Of a stretch of 64,000 nucleotides of DNA, positions 24,404 through 37,540 are shown one piece after another (within the stretch, counting starts at the first letter, position 1; the number at the start of each line of letters is the position of its first letter). Position numbers and translations under genes: made by a program. A model generated the notes under the pieces. It did not search any database. It saw nothing but the letters and a program-made list of their open reading frames with translations, and was not told the DNA's origin. Source of the DNA: Mustelus asterias (lineage: Eukaryota); contig NC_135821.1 in the NCBI RefSeq assembly GCF_964213995.1, positions 46,128,001-46,192,000 on the forward strand, given 5' to 3'.

Positions 24404-27400
24404 GGCAGAGGGGGGAAGAAGGGAAGTAGTTTGCGGGAGGTAAAGTCCCAAGAACCTTAGTCCTTAAATCTTTGTAACAGATTTGAGGTTCTTGCCACCA
24501 GTGTAGATGGGAAAAATGACTGCGAGAAGGACGAGCAAACTGTCAGCAGTACCAGGGTGCAGGGTGCTGCTGCAATGGAGAAATCAAAGAGAAATGTAGT
24601 AGTAATTGGGGATAGTGTAGTTAAGGGCATAGACACTGTTGTCTGTGACCAGGAGAAGCAATACCGTAGGTTGTGTTGCCTGCCTGGTGCTCGGGTCCAG
24701 GATGTATCATCTGGGCTGCAGAGGAATCTGGAGTGGGAGGGTGAAAATCCAGTTGTCGTGGTCCATGTAGGTGCCAATGACATAGACAAAACAGGAACTA
24801 AGGATCTACAGAGGGAGTACGAAGAGCTGGGGAACAAATTAAAAAGCAGAACCAACAAGGTGGTAATCTCTGGATTACTACCTGAGCCACGTGCAAATTG
24901 GCGCAGGGTTAATAGGATTAAGGAGACGAATGCATGGCTCAAGGATTGGTGTGGGAGGAATGGTTCGAATTCATGGGGCATTGGCACCAGTATTTGGGCA
25001 GATGGGACCTGTATAGATGGGATGGTCTCCGTTTGAACCGTGCTGGGACCAGAGTCCTAGCAAATCGTATCACTAGGGCTGTAGATAGGGCTTTAAACTA
25101 ATTTATGGGTGGGGGGGGTGTGCAGAGGTAAGAAGAATTACGAAATCAATGGTAGAGGAGAGGGAGCGAGTGCAAGTGAATGAGGGCGTTCAAGTAGTTA
25201 AAGGAATAGAGGGTGAGGGAGAGGTTGATAGCGTTTCATCAAATCGGGTCCAGATAAAAGCTGGAATAAAGACACTTTGCCTGAATGCAAGAAGCATTCG
25301 GAACAAAGTTAATGAGTTGATGGTGCAAATCAGCACTAATGGGTACGATCTCGTGGCCATTACAGAAACGTGGCTGCACAGAGACCAGGACTGGGAGATG
25401 AATATCCAGGGGTATCAGGCATTTAGGAAGAATAGACAGGAAGGAAAAGGTGGTGGGGTAGCTCTGTTAATAAAAGATAATATCAGGGTAGTAGTGAGGG
25501 ATGACATAGGCTCTAAGGAACAAAACGTGGAATCGTTATGGGTAGAGATAAGGAATAGTAGGGGGAGAAAGACACTAGTAGGCGTGGTCTATAGGCCCCC
25601 AAATAATAATGTTGAGGTGGGGAGGGCTATAAACAAACAAATAATGGATGCGTGCAAAAACGGAACGGCAATAATCATGGGGGACTTCAACCTGCATATT
25701 GATTGGCTGACTCAAGTTGGAAGGGGTGAGATGGAGGAAGAGTTCTTAGAATGCTGTCGGGATAGTTACCTTGAACAGAATGTTACAGAACCGACGAGGG
25801 AACGAGTTATCTTAGATCTGGTAATGTGTAACGAGGTAGGTAGAATTAAGGATGTTCTTGTGAAGGACCCTCTTGGGTCAAGTGATCACAATATGGTCAA
25901 ATTTCTGATACAAATGGAAGAGGAGAAAGTAGGGTCCCATACCACTGTCCTCTGTTTGAACAGAGGGAAGTACGATAGGATGAGGGCTGAATTGGCTAAG
26001 GTGGACTGGGAGAGCAGACTGGTAGGTAGGACAGCTGAGGAACAGTGGAGGATTTTTAAGGAGATCCTTTTCAGTACTCAGCAACAATATATTCCGGTGA
26101 TAAAGAAGGGTTGTAAGAAAAGGGATAACCAGCTGTGGATAACGAAGGAAATTAAGGAGAGTATTAAATTAACGACCGATGCGTACAGAGTGGCCAAAAA
26201 TAGTGGAGAATCGGAAGATTGAGAAAACTTGAAGAAACAACAAAGAATGACTAAGAAAGCGATAAAGAAAGGAAAGATAGGTTATGAAGCTAGCTAGCTC
26301 TAAATATAAAAAATGATAGTAAAAGCTTTAACAAATATATAAAAAGGAATAGAGTGGCAAGAGTGAATGTTGGACCCTTGGAGGACGAGAGGGGGGATTT
26401 AATAGTGGGAAATGAGGAAATGGCTGAAACTTTAAATACGTTTTTTGTGTCGGTCTTCACAGTGGAAGACACAAATAGTTGACCAAATATTAACGATAGA
26501 GGGTTGGTAGGAGGACAGGTACTCAATACAATTCATGTTACCAGGGAGGCAGTGCTTGGTAGACTAACGGGACTGAAGGTGGACAAGTCCCCGGGCCTGG
26601 ATGGAATGCATCCCAGGGCACTGAAAGAAATGTCAGTGGTTATTTATCAAAATTCGTTGGATTCTGGGGTAGTGCCGGCGGATTGGAAAATGGCTAATGT
26701 TACGCCGCTGTTTAAAAAAGGAAATAGACAAAAGGCGGGTAACTACAGGCCGGTTAGCTTAACGTCAGTAGTTGGGAAAATGCTGGAATCCATCATTAAG
26801 GAAGAAATAGCAGGCCATCTGGATAAGAATGGTTCGATTAAGCAGACGCAGCATGGATTCATGAGGGGAAAGTCGTGCTTGACGAACTTGTTGGATTTTT
26901 ATGAAGATGTGACTAGTGCGGTTGATGGAGGGGAACCGGTGGATGCGGTGTTTTTGGATTTCCAAAAGGCGTTTGATAAGGTGCCTCACAAAAGGTTGCT
27001 GAAGAAGATTGGGTCACACCAAGTTGGGGGTAGGGTGTTAGCGTGGATTGGGGATTGGCTATCCGACAGGAAGCAGAGAGTCGGAATAAATGGGTGCTTT
27101 TCTGGTTGGCGGATGGTAACTAGTGGCGTGCCTCAGGGATCGGTACTGGGGCCTCAAGTATTTACCATTTATAGAGACGATCTGGAGGAGGGGACTGAGT
27201 GTAAGGTAACAAAGTTTGCAGACGACACAAAGATAAGTGGAAAAGTGAATCGTGTGGAGGGCGTAGAAGGTCTGCAGAGAGATTTGGACAGGCTGAGTGA
27301 GTGGGCGAGGATCTGGCAGTTGGAGTATAACGTTGACAAATGCGAGGTTATTCACTTTGGAAGAAATAATAGCAAATTGGATTATTATCTAAATGGAAAA

Positions 27401-28150
27401 AAATTACAACATGCTACTGTGCAAAGGGACCTGGGGGTCTTTGTGCATGAGATGCAAAAATCCAGTCTGCAGGTGTAACAGGTGATCAAGAAGGCAAATG
27501 GGATGTTGGTCTATATCGCAAGGGGGATAGAATATAAAAGCAGAGATGTCTTGCTGCATCCTCAGGGCATTGGTGAGGCCGCAGCTGGAATACTGTGTGC
27601 AGTATTGTTCCCCTTATTTGCGGAAGGATATATTGGCCTTGGAGGGAGTGCAGAGAAGGTTCACCAGGTTGATACCAGAGATGAGGGGTGTTGATTATGA
27701 GGAGAGACTGAGCAGATTGGGTTTGTATTCGTTGGAATTTAGAAGGCTGAGGGGGGATCTTATAGAGACCTATAAGATAATGAAGGGGCTGGATAGGGTA
27801 GAGATGGAGAGATTCTTTCCACTTAGAAAGGAAACTAGAACGAGAGGGCACAGCCTCAAAATAAAGGGGGGTCAGTTTAGGACAGAGTTGAGGAGGAACT
27901 TCTTCTCTCAGAGGGTGGTGAATCTCTGGAATTCTCTGCCCACTGAAGTGGTGGAGGCTACCTCATTGAATATGTTTAAATCACGGATAGATGGATTCCT
28001 GATCGGTAAGGGAATTAGGGGTTATAGGGATCAGGCAGGTAAGTGGAACTGATCCACTTCAGATCAGCCATGATCTTATTGAATGGCGGGGCAGGCTCAA
28101 GGGGCTAGATGGCCTACTCCTGCTCCTATTTCTTATGTTCTTATGTTCTT
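24404..28150 (+). mobile_element. Near-full-length CR1 LINE: ORF1 SGNH esterase plus ORF2 APE endonuclease/RT, inactivated
   Basis: ORF1 VVVIGDS..CCLPGA..VHVGANDI. Endonuclease LNARS, ITETW, GDFN, SDH. RT NYRPVSL, DFQKAFD, PQGSVLGP, FADD. Stops near 26220, 26480 and 27476 plus frameshifts. Tail (tcttatgt)n. Possible TSD ttatctg. Confidence 0.97.
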
Positions 28151-28907
28151 ATCTGCTTTGATTTGATTTGTTATTGTCACATATATTAATATACAGTGAA
28201 AAATATTGTTTCTTGCGTGCTTTACAGACAAATTGTTCTTGAGTTCCAATGATAGCCTATCGACTTTCTTGATCTTGGTGGACATCACATCACCTTTGCA
28301 ATCTCTGGGTTTCCCTTACTTAATTATTCTTCTCTCAAGCGCCACCCGCCCCGCTCCTTAATTGTATATCAGTGCGGTTTTCATGAATTTTATTACCCTA
28401 GATTTATCTCCTTTTATTTTTTTTCTTCACCTTGTGCTCTTAATTTAAGTTGTCCAATGTCTTTGGTACATCAAGTTCCATCCAGGCTTTGGGATAGTGA
28501 AGCACTTGAGGCTGGATTTTTGTAAAAAAAACCTTTCCCTATACATACTGATAGTGCCCAATAGTATCTGTAATCTAATTTAAATCTGTTGTAGACTTCT
28601 TGTTCTTCAGTGTTAATGCCCTGGAGTTTTGTGCAATCGAGTCAACATTGAAGCAATTTAAAATGGTGCACAAAACCCAGTTGCGGGACTCTCACCCAGT
28701 TGGTGGTGCCAGAGATGTTCAGTGGTGCAGGATAAGGGTAAAATTGGCAAGCCAGCACCCTGGCCAGCTCCATTGCAGGGAAAGGCATCGAGATTTTCAT
28801 GGAATTGGACCAGCTTCTCCACGATTTGTGATTTAAGCCCCCTCAGTGGAGTCATGAACCATAGTCTGGATTGGGTGACCTTTTGAAAGATAAATTCAAA
28901 AGATCTT

Positions 28908-29246
28908 AGGGGCAGCACAGTGGTTATCACTGCTGCCTCACAGCACCAGGGAACCCGGGTTCAATTCCAGCCTCGGGTGACTGTGTGGAGTTTGCACATT
29001 CTCCCCATTTCTGCGTGGGTTTCCTCCGGGTGCTCCTGTTTCCTCCCACAGTCCAAAGATGTGCAGGTTAGGTTGATTGGCCAAGCTAAATTGCCCATTA
29101 GTGTCCCAGAATGTGTAGGTTAGGGGGATTAGCAGGGTAAATATGCGAAGCTCTGGGGATATGACCTGGGTGGGTTGCTCATTTGGAGAGTCGGTGCAGA
29201 CTTGATGGGCTGAATAGCCTCCTTCTGCACTGTATGGGTTCTATGA
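28908..29246 (+). mobile_element. HE1/V-SINE-type SINE
   Basis: Head, core and tail homology to the other copies. Confidence 0.85.
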
Positions 29247-29964
29247 AAGCTTATCTTTGAATTTCCTCCACATCACTTCCATGCCCCCATGCCACCTTTG
29301 TAACCTCTCCATGGACTTCATGCCATCGCTATGCCCCCTCCATGTCCATTTACTTAGTGTGTACTATATGCAGAACCAATGAGCCATGTAATAACAATGG
29401 TTAGTGTTGAAAAACTAAGAAAATACAAATTCAGAAATCTTCTTTGAAAAAAAACAAGTTTCAATAAGACAGGGCAAGTATATCAGTGACACTGAGAAGG
29501 TTTAATAATTTTGCATCTCTTAATCTCATCCAAGTAAACATTTAGACAGTGACAAAAGAGATTACAGAAAAAAATAACATCTTATACCAGCATAAAGATG
29601 TCAATAAAACAAAGCAAACACACACTCAGATATAAATACAGTACCCCTGATGAACGAATGCATTTATGACTCTCAGAACTAAGTCAAGCATTCATAATGA
29701 GACCAGATGGAGAACATACATGTCTGGCCACCTGTTTCGACTGAAACAGTTTCCAGATGGCGTCATTATGAATTGGCCATAAGGGACGGGGGTGAGGGAA
29801 GGGGGCAGGTGGTGAGCGGGGTGAGAGCTAGTGTCTCTAACTGCTTTTAATACAACTGGAGCTGTAGACAAAGCTGGCCTTCAAACTAGTCTGCTTGGCA
29901 CTTTTCTGCCATCATGGCTACCTATGATCTGATCCTGGAATCAGCGGGCTCAATTCTTTCAATT

Positions 29965-30225
29965 TTAAGTTTATTTATTAGTGTCACAAGAAGGCTTACA
30001 TTAACACTGCAATGAAGTTACTGTAAAAATCCCCTAGTCGCCACACTCCAACGCCTGTTCGGGTACACTTCGGGAGAATTTAGCATGGCCAATGCACCTA
30101 ACCAGCACGTCTTTTGGATTGTGGGAGGAAACCGGAGAACCTGGAGGAAACCCACAAGGAGGGTATGCAGACTCTGCACAGGCAGTGACCCAAGCCGGGA
30201 ATCGACCCCAGGTCTTTGGCACTGT
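29965..30225 (-). mobile_element. V-type SINE with B tail
   Basis: Reverse complement matches 20110-20410. Confidence 0.8.
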
Positions 30226-30489
30226 ACCCCTTGCAACCCGCTCCATTGGAACAAAGCTTTGACATAATGGGGCCCTTTAAACCGAAGTGGATCTGGAATG
30301 TTGGTAAATTTCCTGACTTGAGTTAACTCCTTCAATAGCGCAAATCTGACCCTTTGTGCCTCGATACTACTAGATTGCTTTTGAAGGTCGGGAGAGCTCA
30401 CCGGACAAGTGGCCCCATCAGTTGATTGGAAGTTTAACACTGCTAAGGGAACAAAATATAACTTTCTAAGTTATAATTATCTCTGTGAC

Positions 30490-31055
30490 GGAAACAGAGA
30501 AAGCTGGAAAAACTCAGCAGGTCTGGCAGCATTCTTAGGGAGTGAAAATAGAATTAATGTGTTGAGTCCACATGACCCTTCTTCAGAGCTAAAGAGGGGG
30601 AAACGTGATAATATACAAGAGGAGCTGGGAGAGATTGCAACAAAAATGTAGCAAAGCTTGAGAACAAGTGACAGATGGCCTGATGGGGGAGGGGAAGGGA
30701 GGATTTTTTGCATAGGAACAAAAAAAATTGCTATATAATGAAGGTAAAAATGGAGGAGAAAGGCTACAGGCTAAAGCTGTTGGACTCCTGTTGAATCCTG
30801 AGGGTTGTAACGTGCCTAATCGGAAGATGAGGTGCTGCTCCTCCAGTTTGTGTTGGGTTTCACTGGAGTGTTGCATCAGGCCAAGGGGAGACATGAGAAC
30901 AAGATATTAAGTTGAAATAGCAAGCCACGGGAAGGTTGGGGGCTGAGTGAATGTGCTCCACCAAAAGATCCCCCAAGCTGGACTTTTGCTGCGTTTTTCC
31001 AGCTTTCTCTGTTTTTTGTTTCAGATTCCAGCATCCACAGTATTTTGCCATTATA
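30490..31055 (-). mobile_element. Penelope-like element 3' fragment with inverted terminal piece
   Basis: Minus ORF LGLMQHSSETQHKLEEQHLIFRLGTLQPSGFN matches the C-terminus seen at ~43650-43750. Degenerate hammerhead (CTGAAGA-A-GGGTC..GACTC) on the minus strand near 30550-30590. Confidence 0.75.
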
Positions 31056-32801
31056 GTTATCCCTGTACTGCTTATGCACACCCCAACCTCCCAAAGATGC
31101 AATATCATTTTAGGGTTCTAAACCCAACATTTGTTGAAATGTGAACAGAAAATATTAATTATTTTTCACTGCTGGATTTTTGCTGTTTTTTGTAGATTGT
31201 GACCAGTCATTCTCCAATAAATATTGCACTCCATGTGTTATTGTGCTAAAATCGAGCCACACAAATCATGACAATTCATTGAGAAAGTTGCCCTTTGTCC
31301 ACAATTAATTATGCATGAGTTTGAGCTGTACAAAATTTTGAATCAATGTATGTCAAAACTCATTTTTATATCCTTCATCATTCATCTATCTGCAAGTCGA
31401 CACTTGTTTCTGTGATTTGTCAGGCTCTGGTGTAAGTACGTCAGCAGCAGTTATGCTTGTCTGCTGCTAAGATGTCATTGAATCTTGCCGTTCTTGATGG
31501 TGGCAGTGGGCGGGAGGGGTGTGTCGAGGGCAGGGGATCCTTATGATTTTGTATTTCCCATTTTTCCCTTTTCAGTCAAAATTGGTTTACTCATTTTCAA
31601 GACAACAGAACTTTTATTCTCTTCTCACGTTTGCAATGTTGCCATCATTGTGCTAAAGTTGTGTTAGCATTGTCTAAACATTTCATGACTAAACCTGAAG
31701 GAGAATTCTCCAGCCTCCCAGTCGCGTGTTTCCCAGTGGAAGGTGGTGCATTGTTCACTGGCAATGGGATTCTCTGCTCCCACTGCTGTCAATGGGATTT
31801 CCCATTGATGTCTCCCCACACTGTTGCGTAACCCGTGGGAGGGGATGCGCTGCAGCGTGGCTGGAGAATCCCGCCGGCGTGAACGACCAGAGAATTCCAC
31901 CACCCCCCACCACCCCCCCATTCCGTGAAAACTGCATTCTGAATTTGCAGTTGTTGAAACTGAATGCTGGAAAGCAACATTTTGTAAGATGGTTTTCATT
32001 TAATTTTTAAAAGCCTCGAAATGTTGCTCTTTGTGTCTTTCCATTAATGGCCTTGATTTTTTTTCTAAAGCTTCGATTTTACACATGAATATGGAACAGC
32101 ATCTCTCACTGTATGGGAAAGTTCATTAACGTCCTTTCAGGAAGGCAATCTGTTGTCCTTACCCAGTCTGGTATACATGTGACTCCAGATCCACAGCAAT
32201 GACTCTTACATGCCCTGAAGGATGGGCAATAAATGCTGGTCCAGCCAGCGACACCCATCTCTCGTGAATGAATTTTTAAAAAGCTGTTACGGCAAACTCA
32301 GTTATACAACTATCCCATTCTATAATCTTGCAAAAACGTTGACTTCTGGCGAGAATTGAGCAGCACAGAAGAACTGGCCTCATCCTTTTTTAATATTAAA
32401 TGTTAAAACATTGCCAGGCAATGCACAGTTAATGACACCACTTTTATCACTGTGTATATTTGCAAGCCACTTTACCAGACTATAATGTAGATTTAAAAAA
32501 TAATATGTTTGCATTCTGATTATGTATATTGACATACACATAATAACTATGATACCGACTAATTCTGTACATTAAAATGCTCCTAAAAACTGACTGACGA
32601 AGTTAGTTCTTACATCGTTTAGCCTTTATTTCCATTTAGTTATCGTTTTAAATATCTTTATTATTCATCAGCCAAAAAATTCATACATAGCTTCGAAAAT
32701 CAGAAAATGCTGGAAAGATACAGTAGGTCAAGCAGCATCTGTGGCGATAGAAAGAGAGCTCATGTTCATGGTTGACAACCTTTTGCAGACCAGCGCTCTG
32801 A

Positions 32802-32930
32802 GGGCGGGATTTTCTGGCCGTGCTTGCCCCAAGGCTGGAAGTTCCCACCCGAGGTCAATGGACCTTTGCTGAATTTTCTGTCCCACCTGCTACAATTCCT
32901 GTGGCAGGTGAGACAGGAAAATTCCTCCCC
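32802..32930. mobile_element. 127-bp MITE family copy
   Basis: gggcgggatttt..aaaattcctccc ends and the internal cccgaggtcaatggacc motif. Confidence 0.65.
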
Positions 32931-33510
32931 TAGCTTTTTGCATTTCTGGCTTCCACAGTTCCATGACATTTGCGCAGTTCCTGAAATCTCGGGATTTAAC
33001 TTCCATTGGCTGTGCAATATTGAGTGAGTATAAGATTTAATTGTGCTTTATTTTTAGCCTTGCTGTCAGCCAATCTACTTTACATGGATTAATGGTGCTG
33101 TCAAAATGGTGCACAATTGAATATTACACTACCATGTAAAATTAAATAACCTTGAATCAATAACATGACCATCAAGTTTGAGTGCCCATTAGAAAAACTG
33201 TCTGATGTTGCAAGGTCAAACCTAATATGGAAATTTTGCTTAATAAATTGAATATTTACATATATTCCCTGCATAGTGGAGATTTGTGCAGTAAGTGCGA
33301 ACAGGATATTCTAACAAAAGAATGAAGGAATAATTTAAAAATGCAATTGATTCAATAGCAAGTGAGCCATTATTTAATTCGCCAGTAAGAGCTGGTGTTC
33401 CCAAGTTATTTCATTGCTGACAGGGCTTTAGAGTAATGTTGTAATATCCTATTAATAAATTAATGGCCATTGTTTGGAGGGATTGGAAGATAGATCACCA
33501 ACAGAATTGA

Positions 33511-33642
<132 letters not shown>

Positions 33643-33970
33643 TAAGAAGCTCCTGGATTGCAGTCAACAGGTTCTGTGCATGCGTGTGTTTATCATTTGA
33701 AATATTTGATCTGAGCGATTATTTCAGGATTCTTTCTAAGATTGCTTCAAATGCAAAAACTGTTCACTTTATTCAAGATGCAGAGAATGCAATGACAGTC
33801 AGAGAATTAAGTTGTGAAATATAGCAGGGTGAATTTGTGAAAGGGTGATCCATGTTGCATCCAACCTGCATTGTATTGGTGAGGTTTTTGAGAACACTGC
33901 AGACTATATCACTTCTAATGATGTGAGTCATTGACTTTTCTTTGTATCTCTAAAGATGCATTCAGACGTA

Positions 33971-34092
33971 GGGCAGGATTTTCTGGCCACACTCACCCAA
34001 AAACCAGAAAACCCCACTGGAGGCCAACGGACCTTTGCATGTGTGTCCCCCGCTACGAATTCCGTGGTGGGCAGGATGGGAAAATTATCCCC
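33971..34092. mobile_element. 127-bp MITE family copy
   Basis: gggcaggatttt..aaaattatcccc ends with gta/tta flanks. Confidence 0.65.
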
Positions 34093-35454
34093 TTAATCTC
34101 ACAGATATTTCAGGAAAAGTGCAGGCCGAAATGCCTCAAAGTTAAAAATTAATAAAGTATTTCATGTTCAATTTTCTTCTATAAATTACATTAAAACTAT
34201 GCAAATTGTGCTGTAGCATTAACACAAATACTGCTGGAAACTGATTTCCCATCACTGATCAAAGGTGATTTTTTAGAGAGTGAGAGAAAATCAGAATGTG
34301 AGTAGACCTCTGAGGGGGGAATAGTAGCCATATTCATAATCATACTCAGTGAAAGGGTTCAAAGAGGCACTCAAGCAAAGAAAGCATGTACACAGTTGAA
34401 CTGCAAGACAAGTACATCAGGGCACGGCACTGAAATGTGGGCTGTTAGTTTTCAGACAGAAATCTCTCAGTAAGACAAGGAGAGCCTGTCCAAATGACAG
34501 ATATGGCCTTCAGATAATGTAGGGAGGGGAACTCTGGAGTGTAGGTTTATTTATCTATCCGTGGTTCAATCTGAAAGAATTCATTAAATCAGACATCTGG
34601 ACATTGGAGAGGTATTTGATCCAGACTCACGCTCAGATGTTAAGGACAACAATTTGTAGCAGCAATGAATTTGGTCAGCGAACATGATTGAATCTTCATG
34701 CTGATGAGATATTATAATTAAGCAGGTGTGCAGCAGTGGTGATTGGTGTTTAACATTTTTATCTCATGTATGATGTAACTTTAATCAATAGTTGTGATTG
34801 GTAGAGATATCTCCTATATCTTGATTGGTATATGTTAATTACTTGGAATCGAATCTGAAAGCATATCTGCTTGTGCAATCCTGTGTCCTGGACTCTGGCT
34901 GGACACTAACTGGCTTTCCAGGGTCCTTGCCGTATAGCTTTTTTAAACTGCAGTTTGAAAAACTTTGTGACTTGGTCTGGCTACTTATAGGGAACAAAGT
35001 TGTACTAAATTTAGAAAGGCTGAACATTAAAAAGCCCCAAAAAACCTCCATCACCATTGTAAACTTTCTAGTATCCAGTAGCAGAGTATTATTAGCACAC
35101 ATGGGAAGAGGGCATTGCCCTGGCCTTCTAAAGTAGAAATGAGACATTCAAAGAGGAACTTGAAGGGGAAAAATAACTACAAACAACAAAGATAAATGTT
35201 ACATTGGCCCAAAAATTGTTGTAAAAGGTTAACCATCACAAATGACTGTCAATTACATTGGTATGTGTCCATGTAATGTTGATGGTATTTTGCCCTACAA
35301 GTAGGGGGAAGTATGAAATGGGAACAGTACAGCACTCTCAACAGAGCATTTGGGATCTGAATGAATGGGGTCAGCAATGCTGCACCTTCTGAACTACAGT
35401 AAGAAGTTTAACAACACCAGGTTAAAGTCCAACAGGTTTATTTGGTAGCAAATG

Positions 35455-35493
35455 CCACTAGCTTTCGGAACAGGCTGTCCCTTCGTCAGGTGG
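35455..35493 (-). ncRNA. Minimal type I hammerhead ribozyme-like motif (antisense arm)
   Basis: CCAC-CUGACGA-A-GGGAC-AGCCU-GUUCC-GAA-AGCU-A-GUGG on the minus strand. Confidence 0.65.
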
Positions 35494-35509
35494 CATGCAT
35501 TTCTCCACT

Positions 35510-35548
35510 CCACCTGATGAAGGGACAGCCTGTTCCGAAAGCTAGTGG
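35510..35548 (+). ncRNA. Minimal type I hammerhead ribozyme-like motif
   Basis: CCAC-CUGAUGA-A-GGGAC-AGCCU-GUUCC-GAA-AGCU-A-GUGG. Intact core, stem I CCAC/GUGG, palindromic stem III. Confidence 0.7.
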
Positions 35549-36119
35549 CATTTGCGACCAAATGAACCTGTTGGACTTTAACCTGGTGTTGTTAAACTTC
35601 TTACTGTGTTTACCCCAGTCCAACGCCGGTATCTCCACATCATGACTACCTTCTTAACTAACCATTCTGAAATGAACTAGATGATAAGATTGAAGAAGTT
35701 GAAAAGTGAGTTCAATGTGAAATAAGACACAGAAAGGAAAATAAAGAGAGAAAAAGTAGGATTGGATTGAGAGAGGGAAAACATATAGAAAAAATGTAAA
35801 ATACCAGTTTTACTGTCTAAGTAAAGAATCTTCACACTGCACGATACACTTAAACAGAGAGCGACACAGGAGATGCCATTTTTGTGAAGCTATAGAGCAA
35901 TGCATCTTAAACAGCAACTTCCCTTGTTCCACATTTAATCGCACTACTGCATCCACCTGAAGTTCCTGTGCCCTTTGATCAAAAGTACTGATGAGCACTA
36001 TCAGCCGTGCTGTTAATTGAATAACAATATTTGAGCTAGTATAATTCTTTTCTGACATTTGGCCAGAATCTTCTGGTCATTCATGCTGCTGGAATTCTCT
36101 GGTTCCACTGTAGTGAACA

Positions 36120-36633
36120 GAACAAAGAAAAGTACAGCACAGGAACAGGCCCCTTTGGCCCTCCAAGCTTGCGCTGATCATGATGCCTGCCTAAATTAAA
36201 ACCATATGCACTTACAGAGGCCATATCCTTCCATTGCCATCCTATTCATGTATTTGGCTAGTTGCCCCTTAAATGCCGATATCGTACCTGCTCCCATCAC
36301 CTGCCCAGATAGCGTGTTCCAGACATTCACCATCCTCTGTGTAAAAGAAAAATTGCCTCTCACATCTCCTCTAAACTTTTCCCCATGCACCTTGAACCTA
36401 TGTCCCCTAGTACTTCACTTTTATACCCTAGGAAAGAGCATCTTATTATCTACTCTGTCCACGCCACTCATAATCTTGTAAACCTCTATGAGGTCACTCC
36501 TCAACCTCTGTCGTTCCAGTGAGATCAAACCGAGTTTATCCAACCTCTCCTCATAGCTAATGCCCTCCAGACCAGGCAACAAGCTGGTAAACCTCTTCTG
36601 TACCCTCTCCAAAGCATCCACATCCTTCTGGTA
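36120..36633 (-). mobile_element. CR1 3' fragment inserted into a MITE (halves ~36060-36120 and ~36635-36720)
   Basis: HYQKDVDALERVQKRFT..LIEVYKIM. The flanks join into the MITE type seen at 8351-8470. Confidence 0.85.
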
Positions 36634-37174
36634 GTGAGACTGAGATTTGAATGAGCGCCGAAGTCTCCATCCTCGCTTGCAGTGGCAGCAAGGTGTGAAC
36701 AGCCAGAGAATTCCTCCCATTTTTTGATTGAAAATTCTCACAAAATCCTCAAAAGGATGATCTGATATGAAAAACTTGAGAAACATTGCCAACCATTTTG
36801 ATTCTACAAACAAGCAATACCATGATTGGACTGTAAAGCCTCTCCTTTGTTGCAGATTTGTAACTTTAGGATGGATTGAAACACTAATATTTCTAAAATG
36901 ATTGTAATTCTACCGCAGCTTCCATTTTTAACCTTTCTGTATTTATGGGCTGCAGGGTATGAACAATAGCAATTCTGTTGTAAGGTTTTGGGTATAGTTT
37001 GGTAGTTCTTATCAAGGTAGTCATAGTTTTAGGGAGTTCAAAAGTAAATGTTTGTTAACTACTAGAAACTATATACATAGGTACAGTAAAGGTCCGAACA
37101 AGGAGCTGTCTCCATGCTTGCTTCGACAGCTCTGTCCAACACTACACTGACCCCTAGGTGTGGGTCTTGTGTTA

Positions 37175-37540
37175 AGACCGTAAGATATAGGAGCAGAATT
37201 AGGTCATTCGGCCCATTGAGTCTGCCATTCAATCATGGCTGATAGGATTCTCATCCCCATTCTCCTACCTTCTCCCCGGAACCCTTGATCCCCTTATTGA
37301 TCTATCTAACTCTGTCTTTAAGACACTCAATGACCTAGCCTCCACAGCCCTCTGTGGCAATGAGTTCCAATGATTCACCACCCTCTGGCTGAAGAAATTC
37401 CTCCTCATCTCAGTTTTAAAAGAGCGTCCCTTCATGCAGAGGTTGTGCCCTCGGGTTCCAGTCTCTTCCACTAGTGGAAACACCCTCTCCATGTCCACTC
37501 TATCTAGGCTTCTCAGTATTCTGTAACTTTCAATTGAATA
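37175..37540 (-). mobile_element. CR1 3' fragment
   Basis: GTRGHNL..FKTEMRRNFFSQRVVNHWNSLP plus tail. Confidence 0.9.

Larger units (their letters stand above)
35397..35647 (+). mobile_element. Palindromic Penelope-derived mini-insertion
   Basis: 97-bp inverted arms (35397-35493 and 35510-35606) with a 16-nt loop. 13-bp TSD accttct(g/t)aacta. Confidence 0.8.
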
